A DNA stretch of 64,000 nt from Patescibacteria group bacterium (GCA_004297735.1 SCTI01000002.1:192160-256159); one strand, 5' to 3'. Positions 7,848 to 17,244 are shown, counted from the stretch's first letter. Notes: generated from the sequence alone by a model not told the origin. Numbers and translations: made by a program.

Positions 7848-9574
7848 TTCCGCCGACTCTTAGGGGTTACTTGGAAGGCCAGGTATTTGCCGAGCATCAA
7901 TCGGGTTTGAGCATCAATCGCGGCGGTGGCGCTAAAAGCAATCGAAACCACCGGCACCAGCACCCATTGCAGTAACAAAAACAAGCGACGGCTGCTGCGG
8001 TAGCGGGCCGGACGTGGCGGTAGCGAGATCATGCTAATGGCCACCATGATAATCAACCCAACTAGAGCTATGTTCTGCAAGTTGCTGGCAATCACCGGTA
8101 GCTGATGAGCCAGCTCTTGGCGGCTGAACCGCTCATTTAAAAACAGCGGCAACCAAGCGCCAAAGGTCACAATTAACGCGGTGGTCGACCAGGCAATGTG
8201 CCCTTCGAGTAAGCGAAAAACGTGGACCGACTTGTTCCAAAAACCAATCCGACTGTTAATTAAGCAGTGGCGTACCACATAAGGAAAGTCGGAGATGCCA
8301 TAGGCCCAGCGGCGCAGCTGCTTGTACTGCGCCACAAAGGTCTTGGGATAGGTCTCGGCCAGTACCGCGTCCTGAAACACCGGAGTGTACATTGGTACCA
8401 CCTGATGGTCGCCGTCAAAGGCCAGCCAGCTGCGCCAGTACTGATGGCCGTCTTCAACCGGAGTCGAAACGCTCCAAAAATCGGTATCCAACAGCGCTCG
8501 CAAACCCTGGGCATGGGCCGAAAAGTTACGCAAACGGTGCGGGCGCATGGTCTCAATTAGGTGCCAAAAAGAGTTGTTGGTGGCAATAATTCGCATCGGA
8601 GCCGGGGCGTCCCAAATGTTGTTGTAGAACATTGGAACCGGTTGAAAGCTTTTGCGGCTGCGGTTTGGATCAATGCAGTAAAGATAGGTTAAGACCGAGA
8701 AGTACTGACGACTGGCGCGGTGGTCGGAATCAAAGGTGGTTACCACCACTCGCTCCGGGTCTAGCCCCTGGCCTTGGAGCTGCTCGGCTAGTTGACGACC
8801 GGCGTTGGTAATGTTGCCGCCCTTGCCGATCACCTCACCGGCAATACCGTCGGGATGCTCAATCGCCACGCACAGCCCAAAACGGTCGGCGTAGCGATCG
8901 GCTAGCTCCCGCGCTACCTGCTTGGTCTCCTCTGGCCCCCGCTCCTCGTATGCAATCGCTAGCATAATCTTCTTAGCGGGATAATCAACATCAAATAAAG
9001 CCTTAACCGATGGCTCAATAATATCGCGCGCCTCATTATAAACAGCCATAATAACCACGTGGTAAATTGAATCGGGATCAAGCGTAGCCGTTTGGCGCCC
9101 CTGAATATCGCGCAAGGTTTGAATCTGATTATGCAGCTCCAAATAGCGCTGGCGGTACTGGCTGTTACTGCCAAAACTTTGCCATCGGCTGGCGGCGCTA
9201 GGGTGAGTTCGCAATAAATCGCGCATCCGGCGCTCTGCCTTTGCCAGATATTCGTCGGGGTGGCGCAACCAGTCCACTCGTTCCGACCAGTCGGTTCGCT
9301 CAACCTTGCCCATAGTGCGGTAACCCAAGATCAAATATGAGCTGTAACGAAAAGCCCGTAGTAGCCAGAACAGGTAAAAAGCAATAATGCCATAAACCAC
9401 CACCATTGGCGCAAAAATACTTAGAACAACCGGTAAAACCAGTAGCAACCAGGTGGTTACGCCAGGCAGAATCTCAAGCGCACGGATAAACCAGCGCCGG
9501 TCAACCAGCGGCTGATACCGAACGCTCGGTTTGGTTGATTTTTTAAAGCTTGAATCGGTCGCCGAGCTACTCAT
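7844..9574 (-). CDS. membrane glycosyltransferase family 2 (processive-type)
   Basis: AVYNE, FDSD, EDG and QLRRWAYG (QxxRW) motifs; flanking TM helices. Confidence 0.85.
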   Translation of the reverse strand: MSSSATDSSFKKSTKPSVRYQPLVDRRWFIRALEILPGVTTWLLLVLPVVLSIFAPMVVVYGIIAFYLFWLLRAFRYSSYLILGYRTMGKVERTDWSERVDWLRHPDEYLAKAERRMRDLLRTHPSAASRWQSFGSNSQYRQRYLELHNQIQTLRDIQGRQTATLDPDSIYHVVIMAVYNEARDIIEPSVKALFDVDYPAKKIMLAIAYEERGPEETKQVARELADRYADRFGLCVAIEHPDGIAGEVIGKGGNITNAGRQLAEQLQGQGLDPERVVVTTFDSDHRASRQYFSVLTYLYCIDPNRSRKSFQPVPMFYNNIWDAPAPMRIIATNNSFWHLIETMRPHRLRNFSAHAQGLRALLDTDFWSVSTPVEDGHQYWRSWLAFDGDHQVVPMYTPVFQDAVLAETYPKTFVAQYKQLRRWAYGISDFPYVVRHCLINSRIGFWNKSVHVFRLLEGHIAWSTTALIVTFGAWLPLFLNERFSRQELAHQLPVIASNLQNIALVGLIIMVAISMISLPPRPARYRSSRRLFLLLQWVLVPVVSIAFSATAAIDAQTRLMLGKYLAFQVTPKSRRK

Positions 9575-9957
9575 ACTACCGCAATAAAGGCCGAGCTAAT
9601 TACCAAACACAGCACCGCAACCGCCGCCGCGCCAATCAACAAAAAGAAGCTGGCTAGCCGGTTGCGCCCAAAGGCTTTGGCCGCTAGAGCGGTGTTTAAG
9701 ATTGTTACCGCCACCGCAAACAAGCCCAGACGGTAGTTCTGGTACCACGGCCCCATCTGGTCAAAGCCGACAAAACTGAGATAATGAACCGGCACCGGAT
9801 AGTCCACCTGGCGTAGCTTGGCCGCCACCAAAACCAGGTTGGCGATGTTGACTCCCGCCGCAACCAGCAGGGCGGTTAGCGACACTGGATCGGCCAGAAT
9901 TGGATGTTGGCGAAGATGGTTGGGGTGTAACCGTGATAAAAAGGATGTTACAGGCAT
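9571..9957 (-). CDS. small membrane protein (3 TM)
   Basis: PVPVHY..GFD motif; overlaps the GT2 start. Confidence 0.7.
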   Translation of the reverse strand: MPVTSFLSRLHPNHLRQHPILADPVSLTALLVAAGVNIANLVLVAAKLRQVDYPVPVHYLSFVGFDQMGPWYQNYRLGLFAVAVTILNTALAAKAFGRNRLASFFLLIGAAAVAVLCLVISSAFIAVV

Positions 9958-10027
9958 GCTTGCATTATACTAGAAAAACCACCACTTTTTTGGTTAAATA
10001 CCAAGGTGTTGCCCGCCGACACCATCG

Positions 10028-10103
10028 GCCGATGTAGCTCAGTTGGTAGAGCAATGCTTTCGTAAAGCAGAGGTCAGCGGTTCAAATCCGCTCATCGGCT
10101 CCA
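10028..10103 (+). tRNA. tRNA-Thr(CGT)
   Basis: GCCGATG/CATCGGC acceptor stem, loop TTCGTAA, TTCAAAT T-loop, encoded CCA. Confidence 0.93.
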
Positions 10104-10117
10104 TTTAATAAGGTCAT

Positions 10118-10191
10118 GCGGGTATAGTTCATCGGTAGAACGCGACCTTCCCAAGGTTGAGAGAGGGGTTCGACTCCCCTTACCCGCTCCA
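10118..10191 (+). tRNA. tRNA-Gly(CCC)
   Basis: GCGGGTA/TACCCGC acceptor stem, loop TTCCCAA, encoded CCA. Confidence 0.93.
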
Positions 10192-10195
10192 GTAA

Positions 10196-10762
10196 TTATT
10201 TAATAAAGCGGAACGAATTTATAAAGCCTTCTGTATCGATAGGTTCTGATTGAGAGCCGATTGAATTTATTACATACCGCTTCCCATTATAAATCGCGAT
10301 GACTGCCGTGCCTGTCCCTTGTTCTTGGTGGTTAATATCAACGCGCTTAGCCGGCTGACCATCTAGCTTAACATCAGAGACCGAACCCACGGTTAACCCA
10401 GCGAGGGTCAGCCCTTCAATGGCTGAGGCATATTGTTGCTCCTGGGTCAGTGTGGCATCGAGATTGCCATCGACCATCACCCCGGTGCTATACAGCGGCC
10501 CATTATTAACTCCATATTTAGCCTGCTGATACATCTCACTACTCTGGACTGATGGTTTACCCGGAAACTTGGCACAAAAACTATCTTGCTTATAGCAGTG
10601 TTCTTTCCAAGACAACGAAGGCTTTTCTCCTATCATTGGATTTGCTAAGCCGGTAGCTGGCAGGAATATATTAATGACACTCAACTTCATAAAGACGTAG
10701 GCAAGCCACAGTCCAAAAATAATTCCGAGCATCACCTTTGGTTTATTATCTGCAATGGTCAT
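10196..10762 (-). CDS. membrane-anchored exported protein, possibly PsbP-like fold
   Basis: N-terminal TM; FCAKFPGKP...LDGQPA...FINSFRF pattern. Confidence 0.6.
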   Translation of the reverse strand: MTIADNKPKVMLGIIFGLWLAYVFMKLSVINIFLPATGLANPMIGEKPSLSWKEHCYKQDSFCAKFPGKPSVQSSEMYQQAKYGVNNGPLYSTGVMVDGNLDATLTQEQQYASAIEGLTLAGLTVGSVSDVKLDGQPAKRVDINHQEQGTGTAVIAIYNGKRYVINSIGSQSEPIDTEGFINSFRFIK

Positions 10763-10842
10763 GCCGCAAATAATAACACTTTTTTTGTATTTTACAATAT
10801 TAAAAGCGGCTTAAGCCCACTTATCAGCTCCAGGAATTATAC

Positions 10843-11229
10843 CTACACCAATGCCTTTGCTCGCCCAGAACTCTGATTAACCAGCTTTTTATCAAATGTC
10901 CAAACCGGCAGGGCGCCCTGCAGCTCAGCGTAATTCATAAGGCAGCAATCCAAGAATGATAAGGCGGGATGGTCTAAATACTCGGTGATTGCTCGGCGGA
11001 ACATGATGCGGTTACAGTTAAAAACCGGCTCATCAACTACCTTATTGAGATTATCAGCCACCGTCTCTCGTGGAAGCTCATAAAACTTCTCCAGCGCGAA
11101 GGCAAGCTCCACAATAATTGCATCTGGAATCTGCAGCTCCGGCGAACGCACCAACAGCGCGTCGATTTTAGCGGTTCGATCTACGTCACGGTCAAGCAAC
11201 CAGTCTAGGAGCACATTCGTATCTAACAC
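10843..11229 (-). CDS. vapC: PIN-domain toxin (VapC family)
   Basis: LDTNVLL, IIVEL, LSFLDC, TFDKKL. Confidence 0.88.
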   Translation of the reverse strand: MLDTNVLLDWLLDRDVDRTAKIDALLVRSPELQIPDAIIVELAFALEKFYELPRETVADNLNKVVDEPVFNCNRIMFRRAITEYLDHPALSFLDCCLMNYAELQGALPVWTFDKKLVNQSSGRAKALV

Positions 11230-11230
11230 C

Positions 11231-11485
11231 TTAAACCGACCCTTTTACCTGTGCAGTATACCCCGCCCCGCTAACATACTCCTTGTGAGCAGTCTTGGCT
11301 TTTGCGAGAGCCTGCTTGTTGGCGGCCCGCAGCTCTTGAATGGTCTGCTCGCGGCCAACTACATACTCTCCGTATCGATTTCGAGTAAACGAAACCAACA
11401 TACCTGGTTTAATACCAAGATGATCGCGAATATCCTTCGGAATAGTGGTCGTACCCTTGTCGGTGAGTATGGTTTTATATGTCAT
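11231..11485 (-). CDS. AbrB/MazE-type antitoxin
   Basis: KGTTTIPKDIRDHLGIKPG; directly upstream of the PIN gene. Confidence 0.85.
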   Translation of the reverse strand: MTYKTILTDKGTTTIPKDIRDHLGIKPGMLVSFTRNRYGEYVVGREQTIQELRAANKQALAKAKTAHKEYVSGAGYTAQVKGSV

Positions 11486-11514
11486 GGTATGAATTATACA
11501 TTTAATTCATACCA
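11485..11514. promoter_or_regulatory. TA operator, 12-bp inverted repeat over the vapBC promoter
   Basis: TGGTATGAATTA-n6-TAATTCATACCA. Confidence 0.7.
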
Positions 11515-11528
11515 AATGTCAAGGGCTG

Positions 11529-11723
11529 TTACGCTGGTCTAGCCTTCTTCATCTTGCGCCGCTCGTGGCGCTCAGCCAGCATATCAAACTCAAACTGACT
11601 GGCAATTAGATCCTTGGCCTCCTCCAGTGTCATATAAAATAGCTGCGGATCCTCATACGGATTAGCCCTTAAATCTTTGATTTTCTTACCACGAGATCTA
11701 CTCATACTCTCTTCCCCATCCAT
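11529..11723 (-). CDS. small hypothetical protein
   Basis: 64-aa ORF filling the intergenic gap. Confidence 0.45.
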   Translation of the reverse strand: MDGEESMSRSRGKKIKDLRANPYEDPQLFYMTLEEAKDLIASQFEFDMLAERHERRKMKKARPA

Positions 11724-11827
11724 TAGTTACTGACCTCAGTATTGCAAGATAGGGCTCAATGCAACATGGCGGTTGTTACAAACCTCGCCATGTTAGTTAT
11801 GTTAGTTTTAGCAGTTTGCGCTAATGC

Positions 11828-12277
11828 CTATTGCGCCTGCAAATAATCTTTATAAATGTAGCCGTTTTTACCCTGGTAAGTGATGCCTTGCCAGGTTGAG
11901 TTGGCGTCGTCACGGAGCTGCACCACGGTACCGGCCTCCAGGTTGGTAACGATTGCCGTAGTCGTACTCTTACCCGCCCGCACATTAACATAAGACACCG
12001 TAATAGCGGTCTTGGCGGCCGGCGCCACAGCTGGTGCCGGAGCGGCTTTAGGCGCCGCTGCCACTGGCTGAGGCTCAACCTTGGTCGGCTGAGTGGCGGT
12101 GGGCGTTGGGTCGGGGTCTGGGGCGGGAGTCGATGGCTGGCCCTGGAGCCAGCTTCGGACCGGATCAATAATTACGCTGGGTGCCAACTGCATCCAAGTA
12201 ACGCCGGCGGCGCACAGCAAGGTAATGGCGCTTACGGTGATCCACTGCTTAACGGCGTTGGGTTGAGTTTGATGCAT
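11828..12277 (-). CDS. membrane-anchored bacterial SH3 (SH3b) domain protein
   Basis: TM, Pro/Ala linker, VNVRAGKST...W....Y.GKNGYIYKDYL. Confidence 0.8.
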   Translation of the reverse strand: MHQTQPNAVKQWITVSAITLLCAAGVTWMQLAPSVIIDPVRSWLQGQPSTPAPDPDPTPTATQPTKVEPQPVAAAPKAAPAPAVAPAAKTAITVSYVNVRAGKSTTTAIVTNLEAGTVVQLRDDANSTWQGITYQGKNGYIYKDYLQAQ

Positions 12278-12281
12278 GGCT

Positions 12282-12746
12282 CTACTTTTGGTACATGGTC
12301 AAATAGAGGTACACTCCCCCAAAGACCAGACCCCCTAAGATGATCAAAAGCAAAATAAACCGAATAAAAGCACCCCAAAAACGCTTGCGACTGCTCTGCA
12401 CCTTAACCACATCAACCGCTTCGCCGGCAACCAAGTCATCTGGTTGAGGCGCAATTGGCTGTACCGGTGGCGCCTCAGGTGGCTTAACCGGAGCTGGCTC
12501 CTCTTTGCGCGGCTTCACCTCGGGTTGAGGTTTTTTAACGGCAGCTGGTGCCGGGGTTGGCTCGGTTGGCGCCGCAATAGCCGACTTGCCGTGTTGGCGC
12601 AGGTCGATCACATGAGCGCTCGAAGCCGGTGTGGCATCCAGCCCCTTACGAGTACCGCTCTTTACCGTGGCCGCTCGCTTCTTGCCTCTAACTGGTTTAT
12701 CTGGCTCCATTAGCTCCATTTTATACCCTGCCCCCACACTATTCAA
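12282..12746 (-). CDS. Pro-rich protein with a C-terminal TM anchor
   Basis: Low-complexity Pro/Lys/Ala region and hydrophobic C-terminus; start uncertain. Confidence 0.6.
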   Translation of the reverse strand: MNSVGAGYKMELMEPDKPVRGKKRAATVKSGTRKGLDATPASSAHVIDLRQHGKSAIAAPTEPTPAPAAVKKPQPEVKPRKEEPAPVKPPEAPPVQPIAPQPDDLVAGEAVDVVKVQSSRKRFWGAFIRFILLLIILGGLVFGGVYLYLTMYQK

Positions 12747-12845
12747 CTTATGGTTAATGTTTTGGGTAGTTTTTGTGTTCAGCCCACCTGATAGTCATTG
12801 CCAAAGTAGTCCAAAACTGCTACTATAAGCCAGTTCTTTTGGCGT

Positions 12846-12922
12846 GGGCTCGTGGTGTAGAGGCCTAACATGCCTCCCTGTCACGGAGGAGATCGCCGGT
12901 TCGAATCCGGTCGGGCCCGCCA
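12846..12922 (+). tRNA. tRNA-Asp(GTC)
   Basis: GGGCTCG/CGGGCCC acceptor stem, loop CTGTCAC, encoded CCA. Confidence 0.94.
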
Positions 12923-12951
12923 TTGCAATTATAAGTGTTTTGTGGTATAGT
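12923..12951 (+). promoter_or_regulatory. cassette promoter A
   Basis: TTGCAA-ttataagtgttttgtgg-TATAGT; starts on the base after the tRNA CCA. Confidence 0.65.
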
Positions 12952-12994
12952 AATTAATCCTAATTCTGTAAAGACTCTACAGGAAGAACCTACC

Positions 12995-13501
12995 ATGTCA
13001 GGAATCACCCCGGCACACACCAAGCGTTGGCTCGAAGAGCGGGCTTGGTGGAGCGCCAACTGGCGTAGCTGCCTTGCCACTCTCGACTCCGAGCGAGCCC
13101 TCACGTTCGTAAAGATGCATTACGGCCTAGATGACAATGGTCAGCCGAGTGCTGATCGCCAGGGATCTACGCTCAAATACCTTGGGGTCTCGTACAACTG
13201 TTCGCCCGAGAGAGTGAAGATGCAGATCAATGAGACAAAAAACCTCCTTCAGTCGCCGCTCGAGCCACAAAGCTACGTGGTAATGCGAATGCCTCGCCGC
13301 TTCAACCCACCGGTAAAGAACTTGCCGCTTTCTCAACGGCTACTCAACAGACTGGCAGAAAGGATTGGCACCCTCAATGAGCTGCTGGCTCTTACGGAGG
13401 AAGATATCCTCAAGATCCCCAGCGTGGGTGATCACCTGCTAAAGGAGCTGACTGAGTACCTCGAGGCTCGCGGCCTCAAGCTGGCTCAGCCAGTCTCGTG
13501 A
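12995..13501 (+). CDS. sigma70 region 4-like HTH fused to an RNA polymerase alpha C-terminal domain
   Basis: FVKMHYGL...TLKYLG..YNCSPERVKMQ (sigma4-like); [44 protein letters not shown]...GLKL (alpha-CTD). Confidence 0.72.
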   Translation: MSGITPAHTKRWLEERAWWSANWRSCLATLDSERALTFVKMHYGLDDNGQPSADRQGSTLKYLGVSYNCSPERVKMQINETKNLLQSPLEPQSYVVMRMPRRFNPPVKNLPLSQRLLNRLAERIGTLNELLALTEEDILKIPSVGDHLLKELTEYLEARGLKLAQPVS

Positions 13502-13623
13502 CTCCCAGCGCCTCGTGCGCAGCAAAAGCTCTACGGAGAGATTCCGTACCAGCCCGCTGCGTGCGGGGCGCTTTTGCTATTCTGGTGCGGAAAAGTTCTA
13601 ACCTCATCCGATACGACCCATCA

Positions 13624-13652
13624 TTGCAATTATTTAATATTTATGTTATAAT
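13624..13652 (+). promoter_or_regulatory. cassette promoter B
   Basis: TTGCAA-ttatttaatatttatgt-TATAAT. Confidence 0.7.
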
Positions 13653-13707
13653 ATAACAATCTTTTCAAGTGTACCTGGTGCGTAAGCACTCAACTAAAGG
13701 AGCAGCC

Positions 13708-14061
13708 ATGCCCAGCCCATTCATGGCAGATATGGGAACCGGTCCGGTGTACGGTGCGGATGAGGACAACGCGGCCACCAACATCAAGACCCTCATCGCC
13801 GACTGCGGGCTAGAGGGTGCCTCATGCGTACGTGATGCCTCGGGTGACTGCGACGGTCGCTTCACCTTCGTGATCTATCGGCCCGACGCTGGTCTCTGCG
13901 CGGTCGTGGACATGCCGGGACTCCAGCTCGAGAAGGTTCGGCGCATGGGAGACGACAACGTGGTCGGCTTCCCACGGCTCTACGTCAATGGCGGGAGCTG
14001 GATCTGGATGTACGCGGTCGACATCATCAAGATGTCGCTCGAACCGACTGAAGACGACTAG
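13708..14061 (+). CDS. orphan hypothetical protein
   Basis: SD AAGGAG; visibly GC-rich third codon positions. Confidence 0.65.
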   Translation: MPSPFMADMGTGPVYGADEDNAATNIKTLIADCGLEGASCVRDASGDCDGRFTFVIYRPDAGLCAVVDMPGLQLEKVRRMGDDNVVGFPRLYVNGGSWIWMYAVDIIKMSLEPTEDD

Positions 14062-14071
14062 GAGCAGATCG

Positions 14072-14275
14072 ATGAACACCCTCGTGCATATCGTGTTGGG
14101 CGTCTTCCTACTGGCGACAGGCGGAGGGCTTCTCTGGCTTGCCAGGTGGGGCTACCGCAGCTACCTCAAGGAAGCGCCGCGTGGCTACTACCACATGCTG
14201 AACCAGATGACGGTTCTCATCGTCGGAGCCTGCTTCAGTTTTACGGCGGCGATCATCTTGTTCGCCACCATCTAA
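14072..14275 (+). CDS. small 2-TM membrane protein
   Basis: SD AGGAG overlapping the upstream stop; two hydrophobic helices. Confidence 0.6.
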   Translation: MNTLVHIVLGVFLLATGGGLLWLARWGYRSYLKEAPRGYYHMLNQMTVLIVGACFSFTAAIILFATI

Positions 14276-14449
14276 CCCCCATGGGTTTTCATGAAGTTTT
14301 ATGAAGGCCCCTCTGGGGGTTTCTTCGTAGTATGTATGCAGAGAGACCGGCGGAGGCTTTTCATTTGTATTTATAAGAGTTTTATGCTATAAGTATGTAC
14401 TTGTGGCCTCTATAAGAGGAGGCTTGTTCGACCAGGAGGTCAAAACAAC

Positions 14450-14851
14450 ATGCCAAGCACCATTTCGCTGGGGCTGACGCCATCGCTCGTACGCATGGCT
14501 CAGAAGGTTCTGGAGGCCTATAAGGCCGACTACCTCGATAGGGAGGGTCATGAGGATGCCTACTTCGAAACCGCCGAACACACGGTGAAGCATCTGATCC
14601 CCAACCTGCACGCAGCCATCCGCTTCGTCAACGAGCTGTGCGAAGCCGGCTACGGCCTGATCGTGCCGGATAGGGAGGACCAAGAGGCGCTACTCCCCAC
14701 GCTCGCTGCTTGGCACCAGGAAGGTAGCTCATTCAAGCCGCTCGATCTGCTCGAGTTCATCCGTGGCGTCGCCCGGGCGCACATCTGGGATCAGCTACGC
14801 AACGAGGCCAATGCGATCCGAGTTCAGCGCGGTGAGTGCCCGGCCGGCTAG
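14450..14851 (+). CDS. orphan hypothetical protein
   Basis: Promoter TTGTAT-17-TATAAG (14365-14393), SD AGGAGG. Confidence 0.65.
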   Translation: MPSTISLGLTPSLVRMAQKVLEAYKADYLDREGHEDAYFETAEHTVKHLIPNLHAAIRFVNELCEAGYGLIVPDREDQEALLPTLAAWHQEGSSFKPLDLLEFIRGVARAHIWDQLRNEANAIRVQRGECPAG

Positions 14852-14899
14852 CCCCAAGCAGCAAGGAAATCCCTGCCGTTTGGGGCTCTTTCCTTTTTT
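14851..14899 (+). repeat. conserved 3' hairpin element, copy 1 (terminator-like)
   Basis: GCCCCAAGCAGCA-AGGAAATCCC-TGCCGTTTGGGGC then a pyrimidine tract. Confidence 0.7.
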
Positions 14900-14940
14900 A
14901 TGCATTTGACCTTATCCCCTCACCCTCTCATTATCTAGAC

Positions 14941-15444
14941 ATGGAGAATAAAGAGCTACGGACCGAACTGCTAGCGATGCGTAAAGCCGATCAATCTTTG
15001 CGCCTGCAGTGGCCAGACAAGCACAATGACCCTAAGTGGGTTGAGCGGGTCAAAGAGCTTGATCACCTACACACAACGCGAATGAAGCAGATTGTCGAGC
15101 AAAATGGCTGGCCGACAGTCTCTATGGTCGACAAGGATGGCTCTGAGGCGGCTTGGTTGTTGGTTCAGCATGCCGATCATGACCTGGAGTTTCAGCTTAC
15201 TTGCCTGGATTTGATGGGAAAAAAGGCCAATGATGTTGACCCGATTAACATCGCTTACCTCACCGATCGCACCTTAGTAAGCCGAGGCAAGCCCCAAATC
15301 TATGGCACCCAGTTTTACCGACCAAGCGGCAAGGGCAAGCATATCCCGCAACCGATTCAAGATCCTGAGCTTGTTGATGAGCGCCGTGCTGAGCTTGGTC
15401 TGCATACGCTTAAGGAGTATTCGCAAGTTATCAACCGAGAATAA
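14941..15444 (+). CDS. DUF6624-like protein
   Basis: MRKADQ..R, GWPT.SMV..DG..AAWLLVQHAD, AYLTDR...GKPQIYGTQ. Confidence 0.75.
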   Translation: MENKELRTELLAMRKADQSLRLQWPDKHNDPKWVERVKELDHLHTTRMKQIVEQNGWPTVSMVDKDGSEAAWLLVQHADHDLEFQLTCLDLMGKKANDVDPINIAYLTDRTLVSRGKPQIYGTQFYRPSGKGKHIPQPIQDPELVDERRAELGLHTLKEYSQVINRE

Positions 15445-15458
15445 GCCGTCTCTGGCTA

Positions 15459-15487
15459 TTGCAATTATTTCATTTTTATTATATAAT
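15459..15487 (+). promoter_or_regulatory. cassette promoter E
   Basis: TTGCAA-ttatttcatttttatta-TATAAT, close to promoter B. Confidence 0.7.
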
Positions 15488-15522
15488 AAATAATCTTTCG
15501 TCCTACAATAGGGAGTAAAGCA

Positions 15523-15900
15523 ATGACTACCTTCAGTAAGGTCAAAGACGTACTAGAGCAGGCCAACACCGACTGCGAGCGGCTCCGCCTGGAGGCAGAT
15601 GCCCGCCTTCAGGGAGCGCAAGATGCTGAGGGCTATAGAGCAAAGCTGGTTGAACGCGCACAGATAGTCGCCGCTCTCGGCAAAAAGGTTGAACCGCTCC
15701 TCGGAAACTCTCCTGCGGAGCTGGACCTCTACCACCGCATACTCACGTTGGCGGGCACAGCAGAACATGCCCTCAAGGAGTATGAACAAGATCAGAGCGG
15801 GACTTTGGGGTTGGGCGTAATCCTCCACTATCGGGACGATACCACGAACGACCCAAATCGCCTGGAGCGTCTAGTAGAGCTCGCGGGCAAGTTGTCCTAA
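15523..15900 (+). CDS. orphan helical hypothetical protein
   Basis: Own promoter, SD GGGAG and 3' element. Confidence 0.65.
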   Translation: MTTFSKVKDVLEQANTDCERLRLEADARLQGAQDAEGYRAKLVERAQIVAALGKKVEPLLGNSPAELDLYHRILTLAGTAEHALKEYEQDQSGTLGLGVILHYRDDTTNDPNRLERLVELAGKLS

Positions 15901-15927
15901 TCACCGCCACCATACGGACCCCCATCT

Positions 15928-15972
15928 AGTCCTCATGCAGTACGGAAAATCCCTGCTGTATGGGGGCTTTTT
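15928..15972 (+). repeat. conserved 3' hairpin element, copy 2
   Basis: AGTCCTCATGCAGTA-CGGAAAATCCC-TGCTGTATGGGGGCT-TTTT. Confidence 0.7.
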
Positions 15973-15994
15973 CGTATTTTGTTATACTGCATTT

Positions 15995-16687
15995 ATGTCA
16001 AACCGGTTAGAAAAATACTTTTATAAAAATAAGGGGCGCCAAATATATAAATGGGTTCATTATTTTGATATCTACGATCGGTATTTTAAGCAGTTTCGTA
16101 AACGACCAGTTACGGTTGTGGAGTTTGGGGTGCTTCATGGTGGCTCACTGCAAATGTGGAAAAAATATTTTGGGCGCAAGGCACGCATAATTGGAGTAGA
16201 TATAAACCCCGGATGCAAGCAGTTTGAAGAAAAGCAGATTGAAATTTTTACCGGCGACCAGGCAAGTCGCAGCTTTTTACGAAAGCTTCGCAAAGAAATT
16301 GGACCAATTGACGTAATCATTGATGACGGCGGTCACACAATGAAGCAGCAGATTACAACCTTTGAAGAAATGTGGCCAGCTATGAGCGATGGCGGTGTTT
16401 ACTTAATAGAGGATCTCCACACCAGCTACTGGAAGCTATATGGGGGTGGCTACCACAAGCGCGGTACTTTTATTGAATTTGCCAAAGATCTTATCGATCA
16501 ATTAAACGCTTGGCATAGCCGAGACAAAAAACGGTTTAAAGTAAATAAGTATACCAAGAGCATAAAGGCGATTCATACGTATTCAAGCGTAATGGTTTTT
16601 GAAAAAGCCAACATTACTCGACCTTACGATGAGCAAAGAGGCCATGAAAGCGATATTGAGTTTTCTTACCTCGGCTTTAGCAAATAG
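15995..16687 (+). CDS. class I SAM-dependent methyltransferase (sugar O-methyltransferase-like)
   Basis: KWVHYFDIY, VVEFGVLHGGSL, IGVDIN, DVIIDDGGH, YLIEDLHTSY. Confidence 0.85.
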   Translation: MSNRLEKYFYKNKGRQIYKWVHYFDIYDRYFKQFRKRPVTVVEFGVLHGGSLQMWKKYFGRKARIIGVDINPGCKQFEEKQIEIFTGDQASRSFLRKLRKEIGPIDVIIDDGGHTMKQQITTFEEMWPAMSDGGVYLIEDLHTSYWKLYGGGYHKRGTFIEFAKDLIDQLNAWHSRDKKRFKVNKYTKSIKAIHTYSSVMVFEKANITRPYDEQRGHESDIEFSYLGFSK

Positions 16688-16728
16688 CCACCTACTGCAC
16701 CGGGTCTTTCTACCCGTTGAACATATTG

Positions 16729-16761
16729 ACAATAAACATACAATTATTGTATATTTATTGT
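16729..16761. promoter_or_regulatory. TA operator, long inverted repeat
   Basis: ACAATAAAcATACAAT-t-ATTGTATaTTTATTGT overlapping the promoter. Confidence 0.7.
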
Positions 16762-16989
16762 ATGAAGAAACTATCAAATACTCGGACTATTAATATATCC
16801 CTGCCAGTAAAACTGGTAGACGAGATGGATAAGGCCGCCCAAGGTGAGTACTCCACCCGTAGCGATTTTATTCGTGACTCTATTTTGCGAAAACTGAGCT
16901 CAACTCAGGATCGCTGGGAGTTAGCGGCAGATTTTACCGCTGTTAAAAGGGGTGGCGTAGATATTGACGAACTTCTAAAGCGACTGTAG
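16762..16989 (+). CDS. ribbon-helix-helix (CopG-like) antitoxin
   Basis: TINISLPVKLVDEMD...TRSDFIRDSI. Confidence 0.8.
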   Translation: MKKLSNTRTINISLPVKLVDEMDKAAQGEYSTRSDFIRDSILRKLSSTQDRWELAADFTAVKRGGVDIDELLKRL

Positions 16990-16998
16990 CACCCGCTG

Positions 16999-17244
16999 AT
17001 GACCGATAAGCTTACGAAGCAGCTGGCCAAGCTCAGTACTAAAGAGAGAGCGATCGTGAAAACGATGTTATTACAGCTCAAAACGGGTGATATTCTTGGT
17101 TTACAGATTAGCCGACTTAAGGGTCACGAGGATATTTTTCGCCTCCGCAAAGGTAGGTTGCGTATTATTTACCGACAAGTGGATGATTCTATCCATATCC
17201 TGGCGATTGAGAGAAGGTCCGAGAAAACTTATCGCGACTTTTAA
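16999..17244 (+). CDS. relE: RelE/ParE-family toxin
   Basis: LKGHEDIFRLRKGRLRIIY..IERR.EKTY. Confidence 0.8.
   Translation: MTDKLTKQLAKLSTKERAIVKTMLLQLKTGDILGLQISRLKGHEDIFRLRKGRLRIIYRQVDDSIHILAIERRSEKTYRDF

Noticed and set aside
14270-14326. attC-like site (ATCTAAC ... imperfect hairpin)
   Set aside because: RYYYAAC is present but the distal end reads GTTTCTT, not GTTRRRY. It is a single instance and more simply a 3' hairpin.
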